Shown: positions 27,829 to 36,085, numbered from the stretch's first letter. The stretch is 64,000 nt of DNA from an uncultured bacterium (GCA_903885965.1 CAISKQ010000035.1:3926-67925), one strand, 5' to 3'. Numbers and translations: made by a program. The notes: a model not told the origin generated them from the letters alone.

Positions 27829-29052
27829 TTACCTAAAGTCTGCTAATACGTTACCGGATATTTTTCGAAGACGTTTTACGACTTCCTTAGTTTTAGTGAT
27901 AACGATATCCAACTCTTTCTTTGTGGTGTGCTTGCCAATTGTCAGTCTTAAACTTCCATGAGCTTGTTCATGTTTGAGTCCGAGTGAAAGCAGGACGTGT
28001 GATGGATCGAGCGCTCCAGATGAGCAAGCAGAGCCTGTGGATGCTGCAATTCCATCCAAATCAAGTGAGAGGATTAAGCCTTCGCCTTCAACATCGTCAA
28101 AACGAAAGTTAGCATTATTGGGAGATCTTTTCTCGGCAGAGCCATTAAGATATGACTTAGGAATTTCTTTCAAGACCTTCTTGATAAGATAATCCCGCAA
28201 TGCGGTTATTTCTTTGATATCTTTTTGCGTGGCTGGCGTTTTGATGGCGTTAATTGCTTGTCCCAAACCAACGATTCCTGGCACATTATGGGTTCCGGCG
28301 CGCATTTTGTATTCCTGGTCTCCACCATCCTGAATGCGCTTAATTGGAGTTCCTTTGCGAACATACAAAAGACCAACTCCTTTGGGTCCATAAATCTTGT
28401 GCGCTGACATTGAAAGCAAGTCGACTCCGATTTCATCAACATCGCAATTAAAATAATTGATTGCCTGTGTGGCATCAGTATGAAAAGAAATCCTTGGTAA
28501 TTTTTCCGTCGCTCGCTCAATGTTAATTTTTTTGAGTAATTTTCCGATTTCAGCAATTGGTTGAACAGTGCCAATTTCATTATTTACATACATCACGGAA
28601 ATCAAGATGGTATTGGCAGTAATAGCTGCCTTGATGTCTTTAACTGAGATAAGTCCTTCTTTGTTAGGAGAAATAAAGGTAACATCGGCAAGTCCATCTT
28701 TTTGGGCAAATTTGCATGCATCAAGTACGCAGTGATGTTCAAAAGCGGTAGTGATAATGTGAGGTTTCTCAGTTACCTTTCTAGTAATAGAATTATACGA
28801 ACGCAAACTCCCCTTTACAACTAAATTATTACTTTCAGTTGCGCCTGAAGTGAAAATAATTTCAGAAGGACTGGAGCGAAAAAATAAAGCTGCTTTTGCT
28901 CGAGCGTCATCTACTGCCTCCAGCGCCTCTTGCCCAAAACCATGCACACTCATAGCGTTACCAAAATTTTCGGAAAAATATGGCAGCATAGCCTCTAAAA
29001 CTTTTTTATCCACTGGTGTGGTGGCAGCGTAGTCTAAATATATTTTTTTCAT
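27829..29052 (-). CDS. Cysteine desulfurase (class V aminotransferase, NifS/IscS family)
   Basis: PLP-lysine motif 'SMSAHKIYGPKGVG' and active-site 'GSACSSG' loop. Confidence 0.9.
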   Translation of the reverse strand: MKKIYLDYAATTPVDKKVLEAMLPYFSENFGNAMSVHGFGQEALEAVDDARAKAALFFRSSPSEIIFTSGATESNNLVVKGSLRSYNSITRKVTEKPHIITTAFEHHCVLDACKFAQKDGLADVTFISPNKEGLISVKDIKAAITANTILISVMYVNNEIGTVQPIAEIGKLLKKINIERATEKLPRISFHTDATQAINYFNCDVDEIGVDLLSMSAHKIYGPKGVGLLYVRKGTPIKRIQDGGDQEYKMRAGTHNVPGIVGLGQAINAIKTPATQKDIKEITALRDYLIKKVLKEIPKSYLNGSAEKRSPNNANFRFDDVEGEGLILSLDLDGIAASTGSACSSGALDPSHVLLSLGLKHEQAHGSLRLTIGKHTTKKELDIVITKTKEVVKRLRKISGNVLADFR

Positions 29053-29068
29053 ATATGAAGATATTATA

Positions 29069-29154
29069 TGTCATCCTGAACTTGTTTCAGGATCTTCTTC
29101 ATTTAACACTGGATGCGCTAAATTTCTGGATTCCGGATCAAGTCCGGAATGACA
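29069..29154. repeat. Complete copy of the roughly 88 bp composite TGTCAT-hairpin1-spacer-hairpin2-ATGACA intergenic element, 16 nt upstream of the nifS start
   Basis: TGTCAT + ATCCTGAA-cttgt-TTCAGGAT ... ATTCCGGA-tcaag-TCCGGAAT + GACAC. The terminal inverted repeats TGTCATCC/GGATGACA are perfect. Confidence 0.6.
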
Positions 29155-29164
29155 CATGTTTATT

Positions 29165-29554
29165 TTATTTAATTAAATCACTCAACTTAATCCCATATAG
29201 CGTTTTTTGAATTTGCATTCCGAGCTTGTTCCAAACGATGCTTGATGGACATTTTTTTTCCATAGCGCAGAATTTTCCAACACATCTCATTGGAGAGATT
29301 GGACCATCAAGAATTTCAATAATTTCTCCTGCAGTAATCTTTCTCGGCTCTCTGGCAAGGATGTATCCCCCATTCTTACCCTTAATAGAATCAATTACGT
29401 CTCCATCCCTGAGTGTTCCCAATAGTCGTTCTAAATATTTCTGAGAAACACTTTCTTCCTTTGCAATTTCTTTAATGGTTTTTTGATTCGGATAACACTT
29501 AGCTAAGTTTACAATAGCCTTAAGACCGTACTCAGCTTTTGTTGAAAATTTCAT
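29165..29554 (-). CDS. Rrf2 family transcriptional regulator (IscR-like)
   Basis: 'MKFSTKAEYGLKAIVNLA...' winged HTH plus a C-terminal Cys cluster (C..C....C). The ORF track's TTG start at 29587 is rejected in favour of the ATG at 29554. Confidence 0.8.
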   Translation of the reverse strand: MKFSTKAEYGLKAIVNLAKCYPNQKTIKEIAKEESVSQKYLERLLGTLRDGDVIDSIKGKNGGYILAREPRKITAGEIIEILDGPISPMRCVGKFCAMEKKCPSSIVWNKLGMQIQKTLYGIKLSDLIK

Positions 29555-29691
29555 CCCGTAGTAGAAATTCCAGTGGGCTTTGCCCAAAAGATTTCATGCT
29601 TAAACTAATTATTAATTTTATAGTTGTTTTTGGATTTTGTAATCCAGTTTTATATTTAAACTGGAATTCTCACTACGGGATTGTCAATCCC
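29554..29691. promoter_or_regulatory. 5' region of the Rrf2 gene: inverted repeat 29554-29574 / 29660-29680 (9+9 bp with a 3x3 internal loop) abutting the start codon, and perfect palindrome GGGATTG-T-CAATCCC at 29677-29691
   Basis: Seen directly in the sequence. The palindrome is a candidate Rrf2 operator in the divergent region between the Rrf2 gene and the PD-(D/E)XK nuclease gene. Confidence 0.4.
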
Positions 29692-29839
29692 CACTAATTT
29701 AGTATACATTCATAATATCATCTTGATAATTTTCGTCAAGTCCTAATTTTTCTTGCCTCAAATCCCTCGTTTGGTATAATGTAATATACGATAATTGATA
29801 TTTATAGACTTTTAACATTATAACTATTAAACCATTATT

Positions 29840-30964
29840 ATGCGTATTTCGTACTCAGCTTTTGACACCTATCAAAATTGCAGCTTGAAATATAAATTTC
29901 AAAATATTGATAAATTAAAAGAGCCAAAATCAAAAGAGGCGGTTTTCGGAACCCTTGTGCATAGCACAATGAAATATATTCATTCCCCAGCATTAATCCC
30001 ACCAAAACTTGAAGAAGCTTTAGCATATTTTTCTAAAGATTGGAATAGTGACGTATTTGAAAATGAACTTGAAGAGCGAAGTGCATTTTCTCAAGGCGTA
30101 GCAATGATTCAAGATTATTATAAAAAAAATGATCCTGCTCAATCCATTGTAGTTGATTTGGAAAGTCGTTTTGCCATCGAGATAGGCACTGATAAAAATA
30201 AACACATCATTTCTGGCATCATTGACCGCATCGACAAAACTGAAGATGGCTATGAAATCATTGACTATAAAACCACCAAGAAAATGCCTTCACAGGAAAA
30301 AGTCGATAATGACTTGCAACTCTCTGTTTATTTAAACGCATTTTTGGCTCGTTATCCCAAAGAAATTGATCGCCTCGATAAAATCACTGTCAGTCTTTAT
30401 TATCTCAAACATGGGGTCAAACTTTCTTCAACCAGAACTCGCGAGCAACTGGAAAATTCCAAAAAACTTTTCTTGGATGTGATTGCTTTAATTGAGGAGG
30501 GAAAATTTGAGCCAAACGTAACTCCGCTTTGCGACTGGTGTGGCTTTCAAAAATTTTGTCCGATGTGGAAACATAAATTCAAGGAAGAAAGAAGAATTGA
30601 TAGTCAAGAAGTGGAAGCTGCTATCAGTGACTACATAAACCTTAAATCAGCAATCACTTCAACTAAATATCAATTAGCAGAACTTCAAGAAAAAATTTCG
30701 CAATATATGCAGCAAGAAGGTGTTGATCGAGTTTTCTCCGATGAAGGAATTATCGCCCAGACTCTTCGCAAGACCTATAAGTATGACAGTGCTCAACTTC
30801 GTGACATCCTGGAACCGCTCGACAAATGGGAGGCAGTTCTGAAAGTTGATGGCATAGCTCTTCGAAGCGTCATGAGTGTCCTCTCCCCTTCCGCCCGCAA
30901 GGATGTCGAAGCTGCCAAGATTTTGGACAAAGAAACGAAGGGTTTTAGCGTGAAAAAGAAATAA
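29840..30964 (+). CDS. PD-(D/E)XK nuclease family protein (RecB-nuclease/Cas4-like, with Cys cluster)
   Basis: 'IIDYKT' (D/E)xK motif. One N-terminal Cys plus a C-terminal 'CDWCGFQKFC' cluster, as in AddB/Cas4 iron-sulfur nucleases. Confidence 0.65.
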   Translation: MRISYSAFDTYQNCSLKYKFQNIDKLKEPKSKEAVFGTLVHSTMKYIHSPALIPPKLEEALAYFSKDWNSDVFENELEERSAFSQGVAMIQDYYKKNDPAQSIVVDLESRFAIEIGTDKNKHIISGIIDRIDKTEDGYEIIDYKTTKKMPSQEKVDNDLQLSVYLNAFLARYPKEIDRLDKITVSLYYLKHGVKLSSTRTREQLENSKKLFLDVIALIEEGKFEPNVTPLCDWCGFQKFCPMWKHKFKEERRIDSQEVEAAISDYINLKSAITSTKYQLAELQEKISQYMQQEGVDRVFSDEGIIAQTLRKTYKYDSAQLRDILEPLDKWEAVLKVDGIALRSVMSVLSPSARKDVEAAKILDKETKGFSVKKK

Positions 30965-30966
30965 AT

Positions 30967-31701
30967 TTAAAATTTCACAAACTTTTCCCACTTCTCAAAA
31001 AGTTTTTTAGTGGCCAGCAGATCACCAACGTTATATCTGGCAATGTCGAAAAATCTTTTTTCCAGGAAAAGTTGGCCAACTTGATCGCCAGAAACTCCAT
31101 TTGCCTTGGGACTTTCAATGCCAAAGGCTCGAGAGAAAAGATGCAGGCTTCCCTTTCGACGAACTGCGCCGTAAAAAGTCAATTGATCAAGCAAATCAAC
31201 ATGCTTGGCATTTTTTGGCTGGCTCGAGAGGTAGCGGTTGGCCATCAGATTTTTAGTTGGTCTGACGCCGAGAATAGCACTTCGCAGAAATAAGTATGGC
31301 ACATCAAATGTTCGGCCATTGAAACTAATGAATTCCTCATATTTTTGAGCTAAATTCCAAAACTGCTCAAGCATTTCTTTTTCACCTAGAACCCTGAATT
31401 TTATGTTATCTTCTTCACTATCAGTGATATCGGCATCTGGCGCTTGAAAATAAACAGCTCCCTTGTCTTTTTCAACATCATAAACTCCAATTGCCGCAAT
31501 TTGTCCCGTCAATGGAGAAAAACAAAGTCCATTTTTGATCTCCAGAAGCTGTTTTTCAGCTTCTTCTTCTGATTGCGTCAGCTTTTTAACCCAACGCGTC
31601 AAAGACTCTTGCGTAGTCTCGTCCAGACTATCAAAATCTTCCCCTATTGTCTCAATGTCAAATACTAGTTTACTCATATGCTTTTTGTATAGCATACTCA
31701 C
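30967..31701 (-). CDS. RNase H-like 3'-5' exonuclease related to the PolB exonuclease domain (DEDD type)
   Basis: 'VFDIETIG' Exo I motif, 'FNGRTFDVPYL' Exo II-like and 'YNVGDL' Exo III-like motifs. Confidence 0.55.
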   Translation of the reverse strand: MSMLYKKHMSKLVFDIETIGEDFDSLDETTQESLTRWVKKLTQSEEEAEKQLLEIKNGLCFSPLTGQIAAIGVYDVEKDKGAVYFQAPDADITDSEEDNIKFRVLGEKEMLEQFWNLAQKYEEFISFNGRTFDVPYLFLRSAILGVRPTKNLMANRYLSSQPKNAKHVDLLDQLTFYGAVRRKGSLHLFSRAFGIESPKANGVSGDQVGQLFLEKRFFDIARYNVGDLLATKKLFEKWEKFVKF

Positions 31702-31741
31702 AACTATTGTTCAAGGTCCGCAAATACGGTATGATTCATTA

Positions 31742-32200
31742 ATGAAAAAATCATTACAAAAAATTAAAAAGTTTTTCGTCCGATTCTTCACCTTGAAAGA
31801 TAGCGCACACAATATCGCTGGTGGCATTTCCCTTGGTGTTTTCTTTGGTATTCTTCCCGGAGAAGGTGTCGGTACAACCCTAGTCTTAGCTTCTATTCTG
31901 AGGCTCAATCGGGCAGCAGCTACGATGGGAATCTTGGCTAGCAATATGTGGACCACTTTCTTGACTTTGCCATTGGCCGTTTTTATTGGCGGTTCTCTTT
32001 TTGGCCAAACCAAGAAATCTCTATACGATCATTTCTATCAAACTTACAATCTCGGATGGAGATATTTCCTTAGTAAGGTAATTTTTTTTGATCTTGCTTT
32101 GCCACTCATTGTTGGCTATTTGATTGTTTCTATTGTTATCGCTCTGGTTTTTTATCTTACCATTTTCGTGTTGCTAAAATATTTTAAAGTGCAACAATAA
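31742..32200 (+). CDS. DUF2062-like small membrane protein
   Basis: 'HNIAGGISLGVFFGILP' motif and three hydrophobic helices. The upstream 69 codons of the ORF-track ORF overlap the convergent gene and are rejected. Confidence 0.5.
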   Translation: MKKSLQKIKKFFVRFFTLKDSAHNIAGGISLGVFFGILPGEGVGTTLVLASILRLNRAAATMGILASNMWTTFLTLPLAVFIGGSLFGQTKKSLYDHFYQTYNLGWRYFLSKVIFFDLALPLIVGYLIVSIVIALVFYLTIFVLLKYFKVQQ

Positions 32201-32205
32201 AGCGA

Positions 32206-32898
32206 TTATTTTATCACGGTTCCAACAAATTTTTCACCATTAAGATACTTTTCAAAATTTGCAATTTTATTGCCGTTAAGGATTGCAACTTCGATTCCTT
32301 CCTTGGCTGCTAACTTCGAAGCAATCGGGTCAAATGGCACATTGGCGCCCGGATCCCAAGTCTCACCAACTATCTTCTGAAAATCATCCCAACTAATTTC
32401 CTTGATTCTTTTAGCATCGGAATATTTTTGCGGATTCTTATCACAGACATAGTCAATATTAGAAAGATTGGCAATTTTTTTCACGCCGAATTGCTTTGCT
32501 AAAAGCACCGCAATGTAGTCCGTCGAATTTCCTGGTTTATATCCAGCTGCAATCAGAATAGACTCCTTCGCTTTCAAGAAACTCTCAAGATCGTAAGGAT
32601 TTTTATTGATAATAGGATGTGCATATTTCTTGAAAACGGTTCGCATGAAGTGGGCGTTAAGGCGCGTTGCATGAATTCCAAGCCAATCTTTGTCTTCGCC
32701 GTCTATGCCTTCAATTTTCGAACTTGCTTCAATATATTTTCGCGCCGTTTTTCCGCCACCAGTAATAATAATAAAGCGATAATCTTTTGCAATATTTTTT
32801 TCAATAACTTTTTTGAATTTCTTTACAAATTGCCAATCAATGTCTTGTGGCACAATTAGCGATCCTCCCAATGAAATTATGATAGTATTTTTGTTCAT
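32206..32898 (-). CDS. pyrH: UMP kinase (archaeal-type amino-acid-kinase family)
   Basis: 'IISLGGSLIV' and 'IITGGGKTARKY' nucleotide-binding motifs; 230 aa. Confidence 0.7.
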   Translation of the reverse strand: MNKNTIIISLGGSLIVPQDIDWQFVKKFKKVIEKNIAKDYRFIIITGGGKTARKYIEASSKIEGIDGEDKDWLGIHATRLNAHFMRTVFKKYAHPIINKNPYDLESFLKAKESILIAAGYKPGNSTDYIAVLLAKQFGVKKIANLSNIDYVCDKNPQKYSDAKRIKEISWDDFQKIVGETWDPGANVPFDPIASKLAAKEGIEVAILNGNKIANFEKYLNGEKFVGTVIK

Positions 32899-32936
32899 GT
32901 TTGTTAGTTCTTAAGATTTATGCATCTCCAGATTTT

Positions 32937-33272
32937 TTATTTTATATATTCATCGGCTTTCGACTTCGTCTGATGAAGCTTGGCCAGCGTATTTTCCATT
33001 TCCTCCTTAATGCTTAGAAACATTTCCAAACCTTGCTGTAACTTTGCAATGTCATTTTTATATTTGGCAATTATTTCTTCATCTTTTTTCTCACTTCCCT
33101 CTTGCAACCTCCTTTCTTTCTCTAAAAGCTCCTCTCCGAGCTTCAAAAAATTTTCAATTTCAGTAATTTCCATTCCAATCTGAATCAAATTAGTTTGCAG
33201 GTGTTCTTCGATTTGTTCAAATGATTTTACTTCACTAGCCATTGCTTCGTCGATCATAGTTTTCTTGTTCAT
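32937..33272 (-). CDS. Hypothetical coiled-coil protein
   Basis: 111 aa, charged heptad-like sequence; no domain recognised. Confidence 0.4.
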   Translation of the reverse strand: MNKKTMIDEAMASEVKSFEQIEEHLQTNLIQIGMEITEIENFLKLGEELLEKERRLQEGSEKKDEEIIAKYKNDIAKLQQGLEMFLSIKEEMENTLAKLHQTKSKADEYIK

Positions 33273-33302
33273 CTAATGATTATTTTTTTAATTCGATAAT
33301 AA

Positions 33303-33344
33303 TGACATTCACTTTGATACTTTCGAGTATCAAAGTGAATGTCA
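33303..33344. promoter_or_regulatory. Perfect 18 bp-arm palindrome TGACATTCACTTTGATAC-tttcga-GTATCAAAGTGAATGTCA, between the second YerC/YecD gene and the downstream gene
   Basis: Checked base by base. A related half-conserved copy lies at 33943-33982, upstream of the same regulator gene. Confidence 0.55.
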
Positions 33345-33356
33345 CATTCTTCTTGC

Positions 33357-33887
33357 TTAATGAATAAGTTTTTTGAGTTTGTGATATAGCTCAGTTTTTT
33401 CCTTAGACTTTTCAAGCTCAGCTATGACATTTTTGATTTTTTCTTTTTGCCTGCGACTTGAATTAGCAACAATATTTTCAAGCAAAAGTTCTGGCCAATA
33501 ATAAGCCGGGAATCTTTTTTTGATTGACCCCCAATTCTCACCAATACCGACTTGCTGTTTGTCATTATTTTGATTAATTTTTTTCTTAGTGCGGGCAATA
33601 GCCTTCTGATAGCCCTCACCTGAAATCTTTAGCCACTCTTGCACGCGAGCAATGGTTGAGGAGCTAACAAGCAATTGCTCCTCAATTTCGCCATAGGTAC
33701 TGCCGCCGATCAAATACTCCGCAATCTTTAGTCTTTTGGCGATCATTTCTGATTCTTGATATGAAAGCAAATCTCGCAGGAGCTCCGCAGCCTCGTTAGG
33801 ATCTTTGATTTCAGAAATTGCTAAGCAAAGTTGGTATAAAATTTTATCAATTTCCTTTTTTGAAAGTTTTGAATTGAATTTAGCCAT
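33357..33887 (-). CDS. YerC/YecD family TrpR-like DNA-binding protein (second paralog)
   Basis: TrpR-like helix-turn-helix 'STYGEIEEQLLVSSSTIARVQEWL'; 176 aa with a longer C-terminal tail. Confidence 0.6.
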   Translation of the reverse strand: MAKFNSKLSKKEIDKILYQLCLAISEIKDPNEAAELLRDLLSYQESEMIAKRLKIAEYLIGGSTYGEIEEQLLVSSSTIARVQEWLKISGEGYQKAIARTKKKINQNNDKQQVGIGENWGSIKKRFPAYYWPELLLENIVANSSRRQKEKIKNVIAELEKSKEKTELYHKLKKLIH

Positions 33888-33942
33888 TATCTTTTTATTT
33901 AAAATTTTATTTCCTCAATTTTATCTCTGATTTATTTTTTTA

Positions 33943-33982
33943 GCAAACGCTTTGATACTTTCGAGTATCGAAGTAAGTGTCA
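33943..33982. promoter_or_regulatory. Second, partly degenerate copy of the GATAC-TTTCGA-GTATC palindromic site, about 60 nt upstream of the YerC/YecD paralog start
   Basis: Core CTTTGATAC-TTTCGA-GTATCGAAG with a conserved right flank AGTaAGTGTCA. Confidence 0.45.
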
Positions 33983-34021
33983 TTTTTAACTTGGCTAAAT
34001 TTCTCGTTTCTTTACGTTGTG

Positions 34022-34450
34022 TCATTTGGTTGAGGCTGCACATTTGCTCTCCGTCCTTCCTTGCCCAATAGCCTGCGCTGCACTATTAAAGCATACCACA
34101 TTCTCAGGCTTGATGCGTTTGGCATAGGAACAAGTCGGCAGATAAAATTTATTAGAGTTCTTGCTGCCCACAAATGCACAATTGGCTGTTTTGGTTTGAT
34201 CGGCAGAACCTTGGGTACTGGCCTTTTGAACTAGTGCTGCGGCTTCAGAATTGGGCTTGTTTTGATTTTCTTGGCCGTTTGGCACATCAGTAGGTTTTTC
34301 AACAATAAGTGGCTTTTGCTGCCATTTTTGACCTTGAAGAACTCCAAATTCAAAGGAAACGGCTGAAATAAGGCAAAAAGCGACAACCAGCACGATTTTT
34401 TGCTCATTTTTGAGGAAAAAATCCTTAATTTTAAGAAATATTTGAGACAT
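34022..34450 (-). CDS. Membrane-anchored hypothetical protein with a C-terminal Cys-containing (metal-binding-like) motif
   Basis: N-terminal TM 'IVLVVAFCLISAV'. C-terminal 'CAFVGSKNSNKFYLPTCSYAKRIKPENVVCF..AAQAIGQG' resembles small C-terminal Cys modules common in CPR proteins. Confidence 0.4.
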   Translation of the reverse strand: MSQIFLKIKDFFLKNEQKIVLVVAFCLISAVSFEFGVLQGQKWQQKPLIVEKPTDVPNGQENQNKPNSEAAALVQKASTQGSADQTKTANCAFVGSKNSNKFYLPTCSYAKRIKPENVVCFNSAAQAIGQGRTESKCAASTK

Positions 34451-34502
34451 AAAAATAGCCTACATGTTTATACTTGATCAATTAAATTACTGCCAGCTGC
34501 AA

Positions 34503-34537
34503 GGAGGTTGAGCCTCCATTGGGGAGGCTCAACCTCC
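34503..34537. repeat. GC-rich perfect 15 bp-arm hairpin GGAGGTTGAGCCTCC-attgg-GGAGGCTCAACCTCC in a divergent promoter region
   Basis: Checked base by base; no flanking T-run on either strand. Confidence 0.5.
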
Positions 34538-34615
34538 AACGATTAGCTAATATGAATTAAATTGACTTAGTATCAAATGTTTACATGCTTAAATGTTTGT
34601 ATGCTTATAAAGTTA

Positions 34616-34643
34616 TTGACATTCCCGCTAATTCTGTTAGAAT
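34616..34643 (+). promoter_or_regulatory. Candidate sigma70-type promoter TTGACA-N16-TAGAAT, about 270 nt upstream of rpmA
   Basis: Hexamers read directly from the sequence. Confidence 0.35.
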
Positions 34644-34915
34644 AAATCCTGTAACACTGAGTGGCCTTTAAATTCAAATTGAGTGTCCGTGCGCGTGACA
34701 CACTTTATTGCCAAATAAAATCAATTATAATTTCAACTGCCACAACGACCCCGTAACCTTTTTCTCATTATATTATATTTATGGATATAATAAAAATGAA
34801 AAAAGTGTTTGCGGAAAGATATATTTAAAATTTAACTACTTTAATAATAATTACGAACTATTTCAATCCCCTACTCGGTTATTGATTATTGGTTATTGAT
34901 TATTGTTTGTTGCTT

Positions 34916-35374
34916 ATGGCACATCGTAAAGCCGGTGGATCTACCTCACTGGGCCGAGATTCAATCTCGAAAAGACTGGGCGTCAAGATCTTTGGAAATC
35001 AAAAAGTAAAAACTGGAAACATTATCATCAGACAACGTGGAACCAAATGGCACTCAGGAGAGAATGTGAAGCGCTGCAATGATGACACTCTAATGTCATT
35101 GGTAGATGGAACTGTAAGGTTTTCATCCAAGAAAGTCAGAAGTTTTACTGGACAATTGGTTCTTCGAAAATATGTTAGCGTTGTAAAATCTGACACTCCA
35201 GTCGTACTTAAACCTAAAAAAGTTGTTCTTAACAGAGTAACCTCTGCTCGTAAACTTCACCCAGGCAACAAACCTGGCAAAAGAAGTGGAGCCAAGAAAG
35301 TTGCTCGCAAGCCAAACATGCGCAAGACTGTCAGAAAGCATTTGGTTGCCCGAGAAGCAAAGAAGAACAAATAA
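34916..35374 (+). CDS. rpmA: 50S ribosomal protein L27 with a roughly 65 aa Lys/Arg-rich C-terminal extension
   Basis: '[27 protein letters not shown]...[11 protein letters not shown]' matches the L27 core. The ORF-track start at 34889 is rejected. No rplU upstream. Confidence 0.85.
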   Translation: MAHRKAGGSTSLGRDSISKRLGVKIFGNQKVKTGNIIIRQRGTKWHSGENVKRCNDDTLMSLVDGTVRFSSKKVRSFTGQLVLRKYVSVVKSDTPVVLKPKKVVLNRVTSARKLHPGNKPGKRSGAKKVARKPNMRKTVRKHLVAREAKKNK

Positions 35375-35464
35375 TTTTTCTGCGGATATGCACGGATTGA
35401 TGACGGATTTTCACAAATCACGGATCAATACAAAAAAAGAAACCTCTTGAGGTTTCTTTTTTTG

Positions 35465-36028
35465 TTAGCTTATTTTGCTGAGAAGATCTTTCTTTATCAA
35501 TCGTAAATTGTCCAACTTAGTGCTCCAAATATTTTGAGTGCTATTAACAGCATTTTCAATCTCATCAAAACTTCTCCATCTAACTTGCTGAACTTCACCG
35601 TCATTAAAAGATAATTCTTTGGTGTCTCTCATGTATCTCAAATAAAAAACATAGAAATACTCGCGGTTAGTAATTCCATCATGTTTCTTGCTAAAACCGA
35701 GAATTAAATCATCAAACTTGATATCCAGGCCAATTTCCTCTCTAATCTCAATCAGGGTTGTTTCTTTTATGGTGCTTCCACTTTCCACATGTCCTCCAAA
35801 TGAGGAAGACCATTTTCCAGGATTAGCATCTTTTGTCAGCGATCGCTGATGTGTTAGCAATTCTATTTGACCACAATCTTCTCTGAATAAATAGATATGG
35901 ACTGTTTGGTGCCACAGACCTTTGGCATGACAAACACTGCGAAGCTCTTTTTCGCCTGTAAGATTTCCATTTTCATCAATAATGTCAAGATATTCTTCGG
36001 ACATAAAATCATTTGAACATTTAATCAT
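35465..36028 (-). CDS. NUDIX hydrolase (second)
   Basis: Nudix box 'GGHVESGSTIKETTLIEIREEIGL'. Confidence 0.7.
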   Translation of the reverse strand: MIKCSNDFMSEEYLDIIDENGNLTGEKELRSVCHAKGLWHQTVHIYLFREDCGQIELLTHQRSLTKDANPGKWSSSFGGHVESGSTIKETTLIEIREEIGLDIKFDDLILGFSKKHDGITNREYFYVFYLRYMRDTKELSFNDGEVQQVRWRSFDEIENAVNSTQNIWSTKLDNLRLIKKDLLSKIS

Positions 36029-36085
36029 CTAAGCATCGAAACAAATACAACATTTACAACAGCTAGAACAATTAGAACGTATCTG

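Noticed and set aside
31535-31741. N-terminal 69 codons of the ORF-track ORF 31535-32200
   Set aside because: They overlap the convergent exonuclease gene on the other strand and translate to S/C-rich low-complexity sequence. The DUF2062-like domain begins at the internal Met (31742).
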